Source: Octopus bimaculoides (lineage: Eukaryota). From it: a DNA stretch of 35,932 nt. Shown here in pieces: positions 24,333-35,932 of the stretch; positions within the stretch are counted from its first letter, which is position 1; every line of letters begins with the position of its first letter. Both the position numbers and the translations under genes were made by a program. The notes under the pieces are model-generated. The model ran no database searches, had not been told where the DNA came from, and worked only from the letters and a program-made list of their open reading frames with translations. The DNA is taken from positions 94,042,493-94,078,424 of the forward strand of contig NC_068987.1 in assembly GCF_001194135.2 (NCBI RefSeq), given 5' to 3'.

Positions 24333-24870
24333 TGTGCGTGTGTGTGTGCGTGTGCATCAATTTTTAATTATTTGAAGTCTTCTTGCAAAGAAGAAGCTGA
24401 TATCTATTAAAGATACAGATTTCCGTCGCTGGAATTTAGATGATAAAAGACAATGTCACATTTTAAACTTGTATAATGTCTTGCATATGTTTACTGTTCC
24501 ATTTATAGTAATGTGCGTGTTTACAGGTTGATCTATTTTTCTAAGAAAAAAAACCCAGCTTTTACAGATGGTTACGAAAGCATTTCCTCAAAAAAATTAA
24601 ATGCATCAAATAATATATGGTATAAATGCGAATTTATAATCAGGACAAAGTATTTGTTTGTGGATATCCTCTTTCTTTTTGTATGTATATACGTATGTAT
24701 GTATGTATGTATGTATGTATGTATGTATGTATGGATGGATGGATGGATGGACGGATGGATGGATGGTTGGATGCATGCATGCATGCATTCATGCATGTAT
24801 GTATGTAACCATGCGTGCACACATGCATTCTTGTATATATGTATTCATGCATGCATATATGTATGTATGT
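23710..24870. repeat. Microsatellite cluster (CA)n, (TA)n, (TG)n, (TATG)n(TGGA)n(TGCA)n
   Basis: Tracts at about 23710-23740, 23925-24090, 24278-24355 and 24680-24870. Confidence 0.92.
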
Positions 24871-25216
24871 ATTCACTAAACACTTAAAGTGATTGAAATA
24901 GTATTGTAACAATATTCGTGCTGTACTCTTCATACGCGGGAAAACAGAGGGTTGAGATTCACGGTTGACCAGTCATTTTACAGTTTGTTCACTGCTCCTC
25001 AGAGATGTACTCGTATTTTTTTCCTTACCTCTTTTTCGGCCGCTACATAAAGTTGTCTTCTATTAGGCGAGCATCGTAGTAGGTAGATTAATTTGCATGT
25101 TTCTGCTTCTGGCGGCTCTTCATTGATTAATAAACAATATACTTTGTATAAACAACACAACGTGAAGCAGAAGTGAGATATAAATCAATGGGATTAATAA
25201 TAATATTCTACCAAGT

Positions 25217-25399
25217 ATAATGATTTCAAATTTTGGCACAAGGGAAGTCGATTGCATTGACCCTAGCTATGATATCGACTCTGAAAGAATGAAAGGCAAA
25301 GTCGATTTCGGCGGAATTTGAACCCAGAACGTAAACACAGACGAAATACTGCTAAGCATTGTTCCTGACGGGTAACGGTTCTGCCAGCTTCACAGCCTT
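25217..25399 (-). mobile_element. SINE family A copy with internal deletion
   Basis: GAAAGGCAAAGTCGATTTCGGCGGAATTTGAACCCAGAACGTAAACACAGACGAAATACTGCTAAGCA...GTTCTGCCAGC. Confidence 0.88.
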
Positions 25400-25805
25400 A
25401 ATACTACTAACTATAATAAAGGCTTATATGTCACTACTGCAGAGATATCTTTAAAATCGTCATAAATTAAGCTAGTAGAGTAGTGGATAACTTAATTTTC
25501 GCTACTATGCTAATCTAATTACGATTTCCACTTATTAGAACTTCGACAGGAACAATAAGGAAGAACTTGTGCTTCTTGCATGAATGCAGAATCTGCAAGG
25601 CATGTCTTAGATATCTCAATATGCAAATAATTAAGAAATCATATTTTAGTGTCCATCTTATAATTCTAGGAGAAGTAGTTTGAAATATGATGCTTATATG
25701 CTTCATGTGTCAAACTTGGTTTCAGATTTCAAAATTGTTTCTTATGTCTTACATAACGGCAATCGACAATGTAAGATTCATACACAGTGTGTATTTTTGT
25801 GTCTG

Positions 25806-25841
<36 letters not shown>

Positions 25842-25982
25842 NNNNNNNNNNNNNNNNNNNNNNNNNNNNNNNNNNNNNNNNNNNNNNNNNNNNNNNNNNN
25901 NNNNNNNNNNNNNNNNNNNNNNNNNNNNNNNNNNNNNNNNNNNNNNNNNNNNNNNNNNNNNNNNNNNNNNATATATGAGCAT

Positions 25983-26035
25983 GTGGAATGGCAGAATCGG
26001 TAGAGCGACGGAGAAAGTACGTTGCACAAATTTTC
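25983..26035 (+). mobile_element. SINE family A head fragment
   Basis: A-box-like TGGCAGAATCGGTAGAGCG followed by GGAGAAAGTACGTTGCAC; truncated. Confidence 0.45.
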
Positions 26036-26459
26036 TAAGATTTTTACTTTGCACAAGTCTAACTGGAGTGCCATCACTCAAGACTGGTCCTTCACCCTTG
26101 CTTCTACCAATACCACAACAACAAACACAAACGCATGGCTTCTATTTGAGGACACAGTAACCCGCATATGCTCAAAGCACACACGCACCCTTACGACTGC
26201 TACATTGGACACTTTCACAAAATGAGGATCTCCAGCACGGCTATATACAGGGAACGATTCGTTCGAGTACACTTCCCCTCACAGAAACAGTGACGAGACA
26301 GAGGAAACGTAAAAAAAGGTGAACAGAAGATGAATATCTGACAGGAGAGCAAAAGTTACAGATGAAGAACGTGGACGAAAGCTTAAAGTAGAAAGAGTAA
26401 AACTTATTGACAGATAAAATAAAAACACACGATTGACATTTTCGAAAGGGGTACTACGG

Positions 26460-26564
26460 TAATATGTATATGTATATACACACACACATGCACGCACGCA
26501 TGCACCCACGCACACACATACACACAAGTATATATATGTGCGCATATATATATGTGTGTGTGTG

Positions 26565-26601
<37 letters not shown>

Positions 26602-27250
26602 GTATATATATATATATATGCGTATATTAATGAGCAGGTACGTGTGTTTGCATATGTAATTGCTTCGTAAGTGCACTCAATCTTCTGAGGTGAAGACCGT
26701 ACCCCAGGCAGGAGTGTCTACGTCTACGGTACTTTTAAGTAGCATTAACTAAGAATGACTTATGAGTGTGTGGGTTTACCTGAAGACCTCCGTCAACGGA
26801 GCTGTCAAATTGTGACGCATCGCTTTTGTTTTAGTCTGAGGCGATAATAATACTGTGTTAACAGTTAGGAATATGACTAATATTAATGATACACGATTGG
26901 GAGAGGGCAGGAAGACAAGGAGGAAATGGATGCATCCTTACGTGTGTGTGTGTGTGAGAGAGACAAAGGTTGATAGAGCGAAAGAGAAATGAGAGAGTGA
27001 GAAAGAGAGAGAGGGAAATAGAAAGTTTTGTTATTCATGTTTATGTTAACAGCGCGTCAACACCTGTGCAATAATACATATACAAACTGACAGACACATT
27101 CCAACACATATAGGCACACGCACACACAGGCAGGCACATACACATAGGCACACATAGGCACACATAGGCACACCTGTATATGCATACACACATACACACG
27201 CAGCATAAGTGCACGCAGATAGCGCAACACACACACACGCACATGTATCC
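26460..27250. repeat. TA/CA/TG low-complexity tracts including a 10-bp (CACATAGGCA)n unit
   Basis: Tracts at 26460-26645 and 27100-27245; CACATAGGCA three times at about 27140-27170. Confidence 0.88.
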
Positions 27251-27510
27251 TTGGGTCTTATTTCTGTCCATTATCAAACAGACTGAAATAAAACTATCGC
27301 GAATTTACAATGTTGTCATTGCAGATACTGTTTTCACTAAAAGGAGGATCGCGTGCGCTGATCAATTATTTTACAATGAATCTTAAAACTTCATGGCTAA
27401 GCTTTGAGATGCATGACCCAAGGAATACCTCTGAAGTTTGATGTATACAAATAGTGCTTATTAGAAGTCAGTGACGATGTGTCACATATTACATGAGTGT
27501 GGCGACATTT

Positions 27511-27618
27511 ATAGACATACATACATACACAAACACACACATACACACACATATAGATTCATATATAGACATACATACATACACAAACACACACATACAC
27601 ACACATATAGATTCATAT
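27511..27618. repeat. Exact 54-bp tandem duplication
   Basis: ATAGACATACATACATACACAAACACACACATACACACACATATAGATTCATAT twice, identical. Confidence 0.95.
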
Positions 27619-28246
27619 ATACAATTTACTTTGCGTGTGTATAAATATCTATCTACTTCACTGTCTCTCTCTCTGTATANNNNNNNNNNNNNNNNNNNNN
27701 NNNNNNNNNNNNNNNNNNNNNNNNNNNNNNNNNNNNNNNNNNNNNNNNNNNNNNNNNNNNNNNNNNNNNNNNNNNNNNNNNNNNNNNNNNNNNNNNNNNN
27801 NNNNNNNNNNNNNNNNNNNNNNNNNNNNNNNNNNNNNNNNNNNNNNNNNNNNNNNNNNNNNNNNNNNNNNNNNNNNNNNNNNNNNNNNNNNNNNNNNNNN
27901 NNNNNNNNNNNNNNNNNNNNNNNNNNNNNNNNNNNNNNNNNNNNNNNNNNNNNNNNNNNNNNNNNNNNNNNNNNNNNNNNNNNNNNNNNNNNNNNNNNNN
28001 NNNNNNNNNNNNNNNNNNNNNNNNNNNNNNNNNNNNNNNNNNNNNNNNNNNNNNNNNNNNNNNNNNNNNNNNNNNNNNNNNNNNNNNNNNNNNNNNNNNN
28101 NNNNNNNNNNNNNNNNNNNNNNNNNNNNNNNNNNNNNNNNNNNNNNNNNNNNNNNNNNNNNNNNNNNNNNNNNNNNNNNNNATATATAACTACAACGTGC
28201 TTGTCCCACAGAGAACATTTCCGGTTACTTAGTTTATCCCCTCGTA

Positions 28247-29666
<1,420 letters not shown>

Positions 29667-29820
29667 TTTTGGCTTTGAGAAGAGTTAAAAGTAGTCCCTT
29701 TTTTTCTGTCTTTCAAGCGTGTTTAAAGTGAATGTGCTTGAGGCTGACTTTGAAGATTTCGTGGTCGGTGACTGAACGAAAACCCTGGGGTGGGGGAGGA
29801 TTTTTAAGAAAGTAGAAGTA

Positions 29821-30520
29821 CTGGGAAGGATGAGTTGGAGAGAATGTATTGAACAGCATTTCGATCGAATAAATTAAAGAGAGAGGTTAGCTTCCATCAC
29901 AGCCTCAAGAGAGCTTAGGAACCTTGGAACATGCGTTCTTCACTGTGTTCCTGGGAAGATCTTCGAACACCAGGTTGGCCTTGGTTTTGAATGTAGAGAA
30001 TTTGGAGCCTTTCTCAATTGCACCCCACGCATAGCAATTTATGGGATTACAATCGGGGGAATTAGAAGACTTGAAATTGCGGGAGGTTAAGATGTAGAAT
30101 TTCTCCATTAACCGCTTCTGACTCTCTCCAGAGATATGACAAAGAGCCGAATGTTCTGGCACACATAATCGTCCAGCAGAAATCATGTCCAGCCAAATTT
30201 TGATGGTAGCCTCAAGCAACTTCACATAGCCGTCTGAAGTTGTAGAATGAACCCCAATGCGTGGTCGCAGTCCGAACACCTGCTATGTCTCTTCCTGCTG
30301 GCCACAGCCCAGTAGACTCCATTGCAGCTATTCCTGTCACGTCTTATACCCTTTACTAAGTTCATAAAACATTGAGCAACGACCATGACGTCGGTGCGAA
30401 GCATCGTGATACACGTAACTTTTTTCCTATATTTAAGATGGCTGCCATTCCTCCATGTCAGCTTTTTCTTAACTACAACTTTTATCTTAATACTCTCCAA
30501 CACCATTGAGGGTTCACCAG
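29821..30520 (-). mobile_element. Internally deleted Tc1/mariner-superfamily transposon, DD37D (maT)-type, 700 bp
   Basis: TA at 29819-20 and 30521-22. Degenerate TIRs CTGGGAAGGATGAGTTGGAGAG and (reverse complement) CTGGTGAACCCTCAATGGTGTTGGAGAG. Transposase remnants lie inside. Confidence 0.8.
29886..30430 (-). pseudogene. Transposase pseudogene fragments (DD37D/maT-like)
   Basis: SDGYVKLLEATIKIWLDMISAGRLCVPEHSALCH...NSPDCNPINCYAWGAIEK corresponds to the QDSAPCH...WPPNSPDCNPxDYYVWG motifs. There are 37 residues between the positions of the second and third catalytic D, now H and N. A frameshifted C-terminus reads approximately RFLSSLEAVMEAN, and an upstream fragment reads VKGIRRDRNSCNGVYWAVASRKRHSRCSDC. 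Confidence 0.85.
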
Positions 30521-31482
30521 TAAGGGAAACTATTCCTCAAAAACAATATATGTATATATATATATATNNNNNNNNNNNNNNNNNNNNNNNNNNNNNNNNN
30601 NNNNNNNNNNNNNNNNNNNNNNNNNNNNNNNNNNNNNNNNNNNNNNNNNNNNNNNNNNNNNNNNNNNNNNNNNNNNNNNNNNNNNNNNATGAGGAGTGAC
30701 ATAAAATATCGTCAAATGTAGACTGAACACTCTGAAAGTTGTTTTAAATTCCTTACCTTACCTTCTTGAATATAATTCATTAAAAATAAGGCAATCAAAC
30801 CTTATATAACATCGTCTATAAAACCGAGCTATACATAAGTGGATCACGAAATTGTAGCGTTTAAAATCGCAATTGTAGCGTTTAGTAGACTTCGAAACCA
30901 ATGGTTTCGAAGCCAATTTTATTGATCAAATGATAAACACGCCAATTCCATTCTGTCACAAATTGTTGTTGTTGTTGACATTGCTGTCTGGAATATACTA
31001 AATGAGGTTTTTTTCTTTTTGTTTTTTTGTAGTCTTTCACATCGTTTAATTCTTTCCGACCGTTGCATTTGATTCAGAGGCAATTCGAAAATTATCCTTA
31101 TTTAACTGTTACAAGGTTTTTCATCTATCATGACATAAATTTTATATATATTTTTAAATTATTTTTCCCATTTGAATTTTTTTTTCCTGTCCGTGTTCCC
31201 TTCTAATTTTCCACAATTTCAAACCGTTTTCCCGTTAATGTTTGTATTTGTTATAATTGTCTGACATCCAACAATAATACACAATAATACAATTACTCTA
31301 AACACATGACACACGATCTCTGTCTAATTTCTCCTTTATACTTTCTCCCCACCCAAACCCTTCATTACTTAAATAGACAATTCTTTCCAATTTTTCAGTC
31401 TGAAGATACGAATCAATGCATATCAGCATATTTAGCCTTTGTTTAAAAGTTTCAGATCTTCCATGTATTCCTTCACAAACCC

Positions 31483-31486
<4 letters not shown>

Positions 31487-31516
<30 letters not shown>

Positions 31517-31517
31517 A

Positions 31518-31548
<31 letters not shown>

Positions 31549-31570
31549 TACTCTCTCTCTCTCGCTCTCT
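31487..31570. repeat. (CT)n microsatellite
   Basis: Read directly. Confidence 0.95.
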
Positions 31571-32026
31571 TTATAATCTTACCGCCTTTCTTTTCCTTTT
31601 CGAAACACTCTTTCATTCCTTTTTTACTCAAAACAAATTTATTTACTTATTTCTACACATGTTTTCGTTTCATTCCTGTTTTATATTTCTTGTTAATTTT
31701 GTCTCTCCTTAAATTCTCTGAAAGTTCCTGTCTGGGATTTTCCTTCGCACTCGTTTCATGAATAACCCTTCATTTTATTCAACTTTTGTTCAATTAGTAG
31801 TAATGTTTTATACTATTCTAGTCAACGATCCAGTTACTTCTCTGAAGGTTTCCGATCATTTTGACACGTGACTGGCCCCTGTCCAATAAGATTTAAATAT
31901 CTATTTGATGCTTTATTAAATGTTTTATTTGCAAACTGATTCTTGTCTCTTGCACAATGTAGAACCGTTTTCTTCTCCGCGAAATTATCTCTCTGTGATG
32001 ATCGATTACGGGAAAGAGCTTCAATG

Positions 32027-32061
<35 letters not shown>

Positions 32062-32722
32062 TGTTTGTGTGTGTTCNNNNNNNNNNNNNNNNNNNNNNNN
32101 NNNNNNNNNNNNNNNNNNNNNNNNNNNNNNNNNNNNNNNNNNNNNNNNNNNNNNNNNNNNNNNNNNNNNNNNNNNNNNNNNNNNNNNNNNNNNNNNNNNN
32201 NNNNNNNNNNNNNNNNNNNNNNNNNNNNNNNNNNNNNNNNNNNNNNNNNNNNNNNNNNNNNNNNNNNNNNNNNNNNNNNNNNNNNNNNNNNNNNNNNNNN
32301 NNNNNNNNNNNNNNNNNNNNNNNNNNNNNNNNNNNNNNNNNNNNNNNNNNNNNNNNNNNNNNNNNNNNNNNNNNNNNNNNNNNNNNNNNNNNNNNNNNNN
32401 NNNNNNNNNNNNNNNNNNNNNNNNNNNNNNNNNNNNNNNNNNNNNNNNNNNNNNNNNNNNNNNNNNNNNNNNNNNNNNNNNNNNNNNNNNNNNNNNNNNN
32501 NNNNNNNNNNNNNNNNNNNNNNNNNNNNNNNNNNNNNNNNNNNNNNNNNNNNNNNNNNNNNNNNNNNNNNNNNNNNNNNNNNNNNNNNNNNNNNNNNNNN
32601 NNNNNNNNNNNNNNNNNNNNNNNNNNNNNNNNNNNNNNNNNNNNNNNNNNNNNNNNNNNNNNNNNNNNNNNNNNNNNNNNNNNNNNNNNNNNNNNNNNNN
32701 NNNNNNNNNNNNNNNNNNNNNN

Positions 32723-33180
32723 GCTGAGTCAAAAAAGTAATGCGATTTTCTTTAGGACAGGTATAATTACCAACGCAGGAACATGTATCATACATCAAAA
32801 TGAAGCTGGTCCTCTGTGGATCACATCCCTACTTCTCAACATAGTCACCGTTTCTCTCAATAGCAATGTTCCACCTTCGAATAAGAGCATGTATCCCTAT
32901 CCACGTAAAATTCTGTTGATGTTCTTTGAGCCACTTCTTCACCACAGTTTTCACTTCCTCGTCACTGGAATAATTTAGCGCCTTCAGATAATCATCTCTT
33001 CGGCCTACATTGAAAGAGAGCCTGAAGGCGCTAAATTATTCCAGTGATGAGGAAGTGAAAACTGTAGTGAAGAAGTGGCTCAAAGAACATAGCTTCCTTT
33101 TGATGTATGATACATGTTCTTGTGTTGGTAATTATACCCGTCCTAAACAAAATGGCATTATTTTTTTACTCACCCTCGTA
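32723..33180. mobile_element. Fold-back (palindromic) mariner-derived non-autonomous element
   Basis: Inner arms 32919-32987 and 33022-33090 are complementary at 67/69 positions. Outer arms 32723-32807 and 33091-33174 differ at about 9 of 85 positions. The right terminus is ACTCACCCTCG-TA; the left terminus is lost in the gap. Confidence 0.9.
32829..32987 (-). pseudogene. C-terminus of a mariner (DD34D-type) transposase
   Basis: LKALNYSSDEEVKTVVKKWLKEHQQNFTWIGIHALIRRWNIAIERNGDYVEK*, with typical mariner GIxxLxxRW...GDYVE ending; LAPSDNHLFG on the + strand at 32975-33004. Confidence 0.85.
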
Positions 33181-33196
33181 TATACACACACACACG

Positions 33197-33321
33197 CACA
33201 GGGCTTTGGTCGGTCCGAGACTACAGTAGAAGACACTAGCCCAAGGTACCACACAGAGGGATTGAACCCGGAACCATGTGGTTGAGAAGCAAGCTTCTTA
33301 ACACATAGCCACCCCTGCGCC
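33197..33321 (-). mobile_element. SINE family C 5' part (tRNA-derived)
   Basis: Reverse complement reads GGCGCAGGGGTGGCTATGTGTTAAGAAGCTTGCTTCTCAACCACATGGTTCCGGGTTCAATCCC...CCTTGGGCTAGTGTCTTCTACT...GACCAAAGCCCTGTG; B-box-like GGTTCAATCCC. Confidence 0.85.
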
Positions 33322-34011
33322 CAAGATATATATATATATGATATAAATACATATTTGTGTGTGTACATGGGTGTGTGCGTGTATGTGTGTATGGGTGTGT
33401 GTGTGTGTATGCGTTTGTGTGTTTTTGTGTGTGTGTGCGTGTGTGTGTGTGTGTGTGCGTGTTTCCGGTTCTGTGATTAGGGGTTGATGGTGTTGGTTGC
33501 TGAATGTAAATCAAGTAGAACACAGAAATTAGTTGAGAGAAACAGAAAGTTACAGAAACAAAATTACTGAAATAGAAAGGAAAGGAGGAACGACGGGTGG
33601 ATAGTAAAGTATGTTGTATCACAAGGCGTAGTGAGTACGGCGAGATTGACAGTGAATAAGAAGTGAGTGATGGTGAATAAGACGGAAATGATAGAGAGTG
33701 AAAGAGATGAGGAAGTGTATGAGGTCGATACAGAAACTATCATGTCAAGACATGAATGTATGCAACGGTATGTGTGTGTAGGCCCTTTTGTTGTACACGT
33801 ATGCAAAAATGTGTAGAGGGGTAGAAGGGCTGGAAATAGATAAAGAGACAGATAATGGCTGCAAAGACATGCGATGTGGGTTGCAAACACTGATGTAGGT
33901 GGGGTCGGGGAGCGGGGAAATCGAATGAAGGCAAATAGAAATAATAAAGAACTCGGGTGGAGATAGAAAAGTGTAAAGATGTGTGTGAGGGTGTTCATTA
34001 TGTGTATGTGA

Positions 34012-34902
34012 ATGTGTGGGCGTGTATATATACGTATATATATGTATATGTATACGTATATATATATATATATATATNNNNNNNNNNNNNNNNNNNNNNN
34101 NNNNNNNNNNNNNNNNNNNNNNNNNNNNNNNNNNNNNNNNNNNNNNNNNNNNNNNNNNNNNNNNNNNNNNNNNNNNNNNNNNNNNNNNNNNNNNNNNNNN
34201 NNNNNNNNNNNNNNNNNNNNNNNNNNNNNNNNNNNNNNNNNNNNNNNNNNNNNNNNNNNNNNNNNNNNNNNNNNNNNNNNNNNNNNNNNNNNNNNNNNNN
34301 NNNNNNNNNNNNNNNNNNNNNNNNNNNNNNNNNNNNNNNNNNNNNNNNNNNNTATATATATATATATATATATATATATTACTATATATATATATGTATA
34401 TATATACATATATGTGATGTACACATATATACATATATATACCTACATATATACATATATATAGAGAGATAGAGAGGGAGGGGAAAGATAGATAGATATA
34501 CGGAATAGACAAAACATGGAGAGAAAGAGAGAGAGAGAAGGAGAGAGAGAGATAGAGAGAGAAGGAAGGTAGGTGGAAATGAAACTCTGTGTGGGAGAGT
34601 GAAGTGATAAGAAAAAGTTATAAGGGCTGCCAAAAAAAAGAGAAAAAAGAAATACCTATCCTGGCGGGAAAATCTCAGCGTGTAAAGGAAGAGAGAGATT
34701 AAAGTAAAGAATTTCTTTTCAAAGACAGCTTTCTTGCTTCTAGCAAGTTTCAGCATTATTGATTGGACATCATTAAAACGTTCAATAGAGTTTAAAGGGC
34801 TTCATTTGCAGCATTCACAGACTTTCTGAATGGCAATTCCACAGTCAAAGAGTTAAAAGAGTTAATATATATATACATATGTGTGCCTGTGTGTATAGAC
34901 GA

Positions 34903-34939
<37 letters not shown>

Positions 34940-35211
34940 CATATTTACATACATATATATATATAATATAGCGATATGTATATATATATATACACACAAA
35001 TACATATATATATACACATATATACATACACGTATATATATATATACGCATAGACACGTACACATTTACATATAAATACCTATGTATATATACACACATA
35101 CATATATACAAATATATACATATATATATATATATACACATATATATATACATATATACATATATGAATACACATATATATATACATACATATATATATG
35201 TAAATATGCAT

Positions 35212-35257
<46 letters not shown>

Positions 35258-35900
35258 GTAAATATAAACGTATATGGAAATAGTTAGTGAAGAAATAGAC
35301 AATCAAAGCGAGAGAAATATAAAGACAGACTACAAACGTACAAGCATATATGTATATATATGCGTGTGTGTGTGTGTGTGTGCATGTATGTATGTATGTA
35401 TGTATGTATGTATGTATGTATGGATGTATGTATGCATGTGTGTGTGAATGTATCTTTGTACGTATATCATTTTGTTTCCTTCGTTATTTGCTCATCTATA
35501 GTTGGTTGTTTGCCAGGGATGTTTATTACAAATTTTATGGGAAGTAAAACATTCCAAACTAAAATTTCCATTGTGATCTATCGGAATGCAAATATATATA
35601 TATATATATATATGTATGCATGTAGATATGCATGTGCCTAAGTATATGCGTGCATATGTTATATATGTAAGTGTGCATGTGTGTATATACATCCTGTAAT
35701 TACAATATTCTTCATTCGGGTTCCCCTCGAAATTTCTCTTCCTTCGAATCTGTATTTCGAATCTGTCTCTCAATTTCTTCAACCAAACATCCAAAGATCC
35801 TCCATATGACTTCGTCCACCAATATACAAACACACACCAAACACATACACGTATACATATGTATAATTGTATGCATACACCTCGACATTTATAAATAGAA

Positions 35901-35932
<32 letters not shown>
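34012..35932. repeat. Extended TA/CA/TG/GA/TATG microsatellite cluster
   Basis: Tracts at 34012-34077, 34353-34560, 34864-35270, 35345-35450 and 35590-35932; source of the Y/I/C/V-rich ORFs. Confidence 0.95.

Noticed and set aside
35492-35833. 113-aa minus-strand ORF starting MFVYWWTKSYGGSLDVWLKK
   Set aside because: The second half is translated microsatellite, and the first half has no recognisable motif or splice support.

Overview
Repeat-dense, AT-rich animal genomic DNA from a draft scaffold, with 11 N-gaps totalling about 4.07 kb (about 11%), mostly flanked by microsatellites. The tRNA-derived SINE types and the extreme microsatellite load resemble Octopus (coleoid cephalopod) DNA; this is recognition from memory, not a database result. 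No protein-coding gene can be supported. All long ORFs in the track are artefacts of gaps or simple repeats, and only a few weak candidate exons remain, so the window is most likely intronic or intergenic. Supported content: at least three tRNA-headed SINE families, a retroelement 3' tail, an unclassified dispersed repeat, a hAT-type MITE, a 700-bp internally deleted DD37D (maT)-type Tc1/mariner element with TIR remnants and TA flanks, and many micro/minisatellites. The most unusual object is a ~460-bp fold-back element (32723-33180) built from two inverted copies of the 3' end of a mariner transposase gene. Its symmetry axis lies on the catalytic (YSPD)LAPSD motif, which suggests a template-switch origin. 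I found no evidence of a novel multi-gene system.
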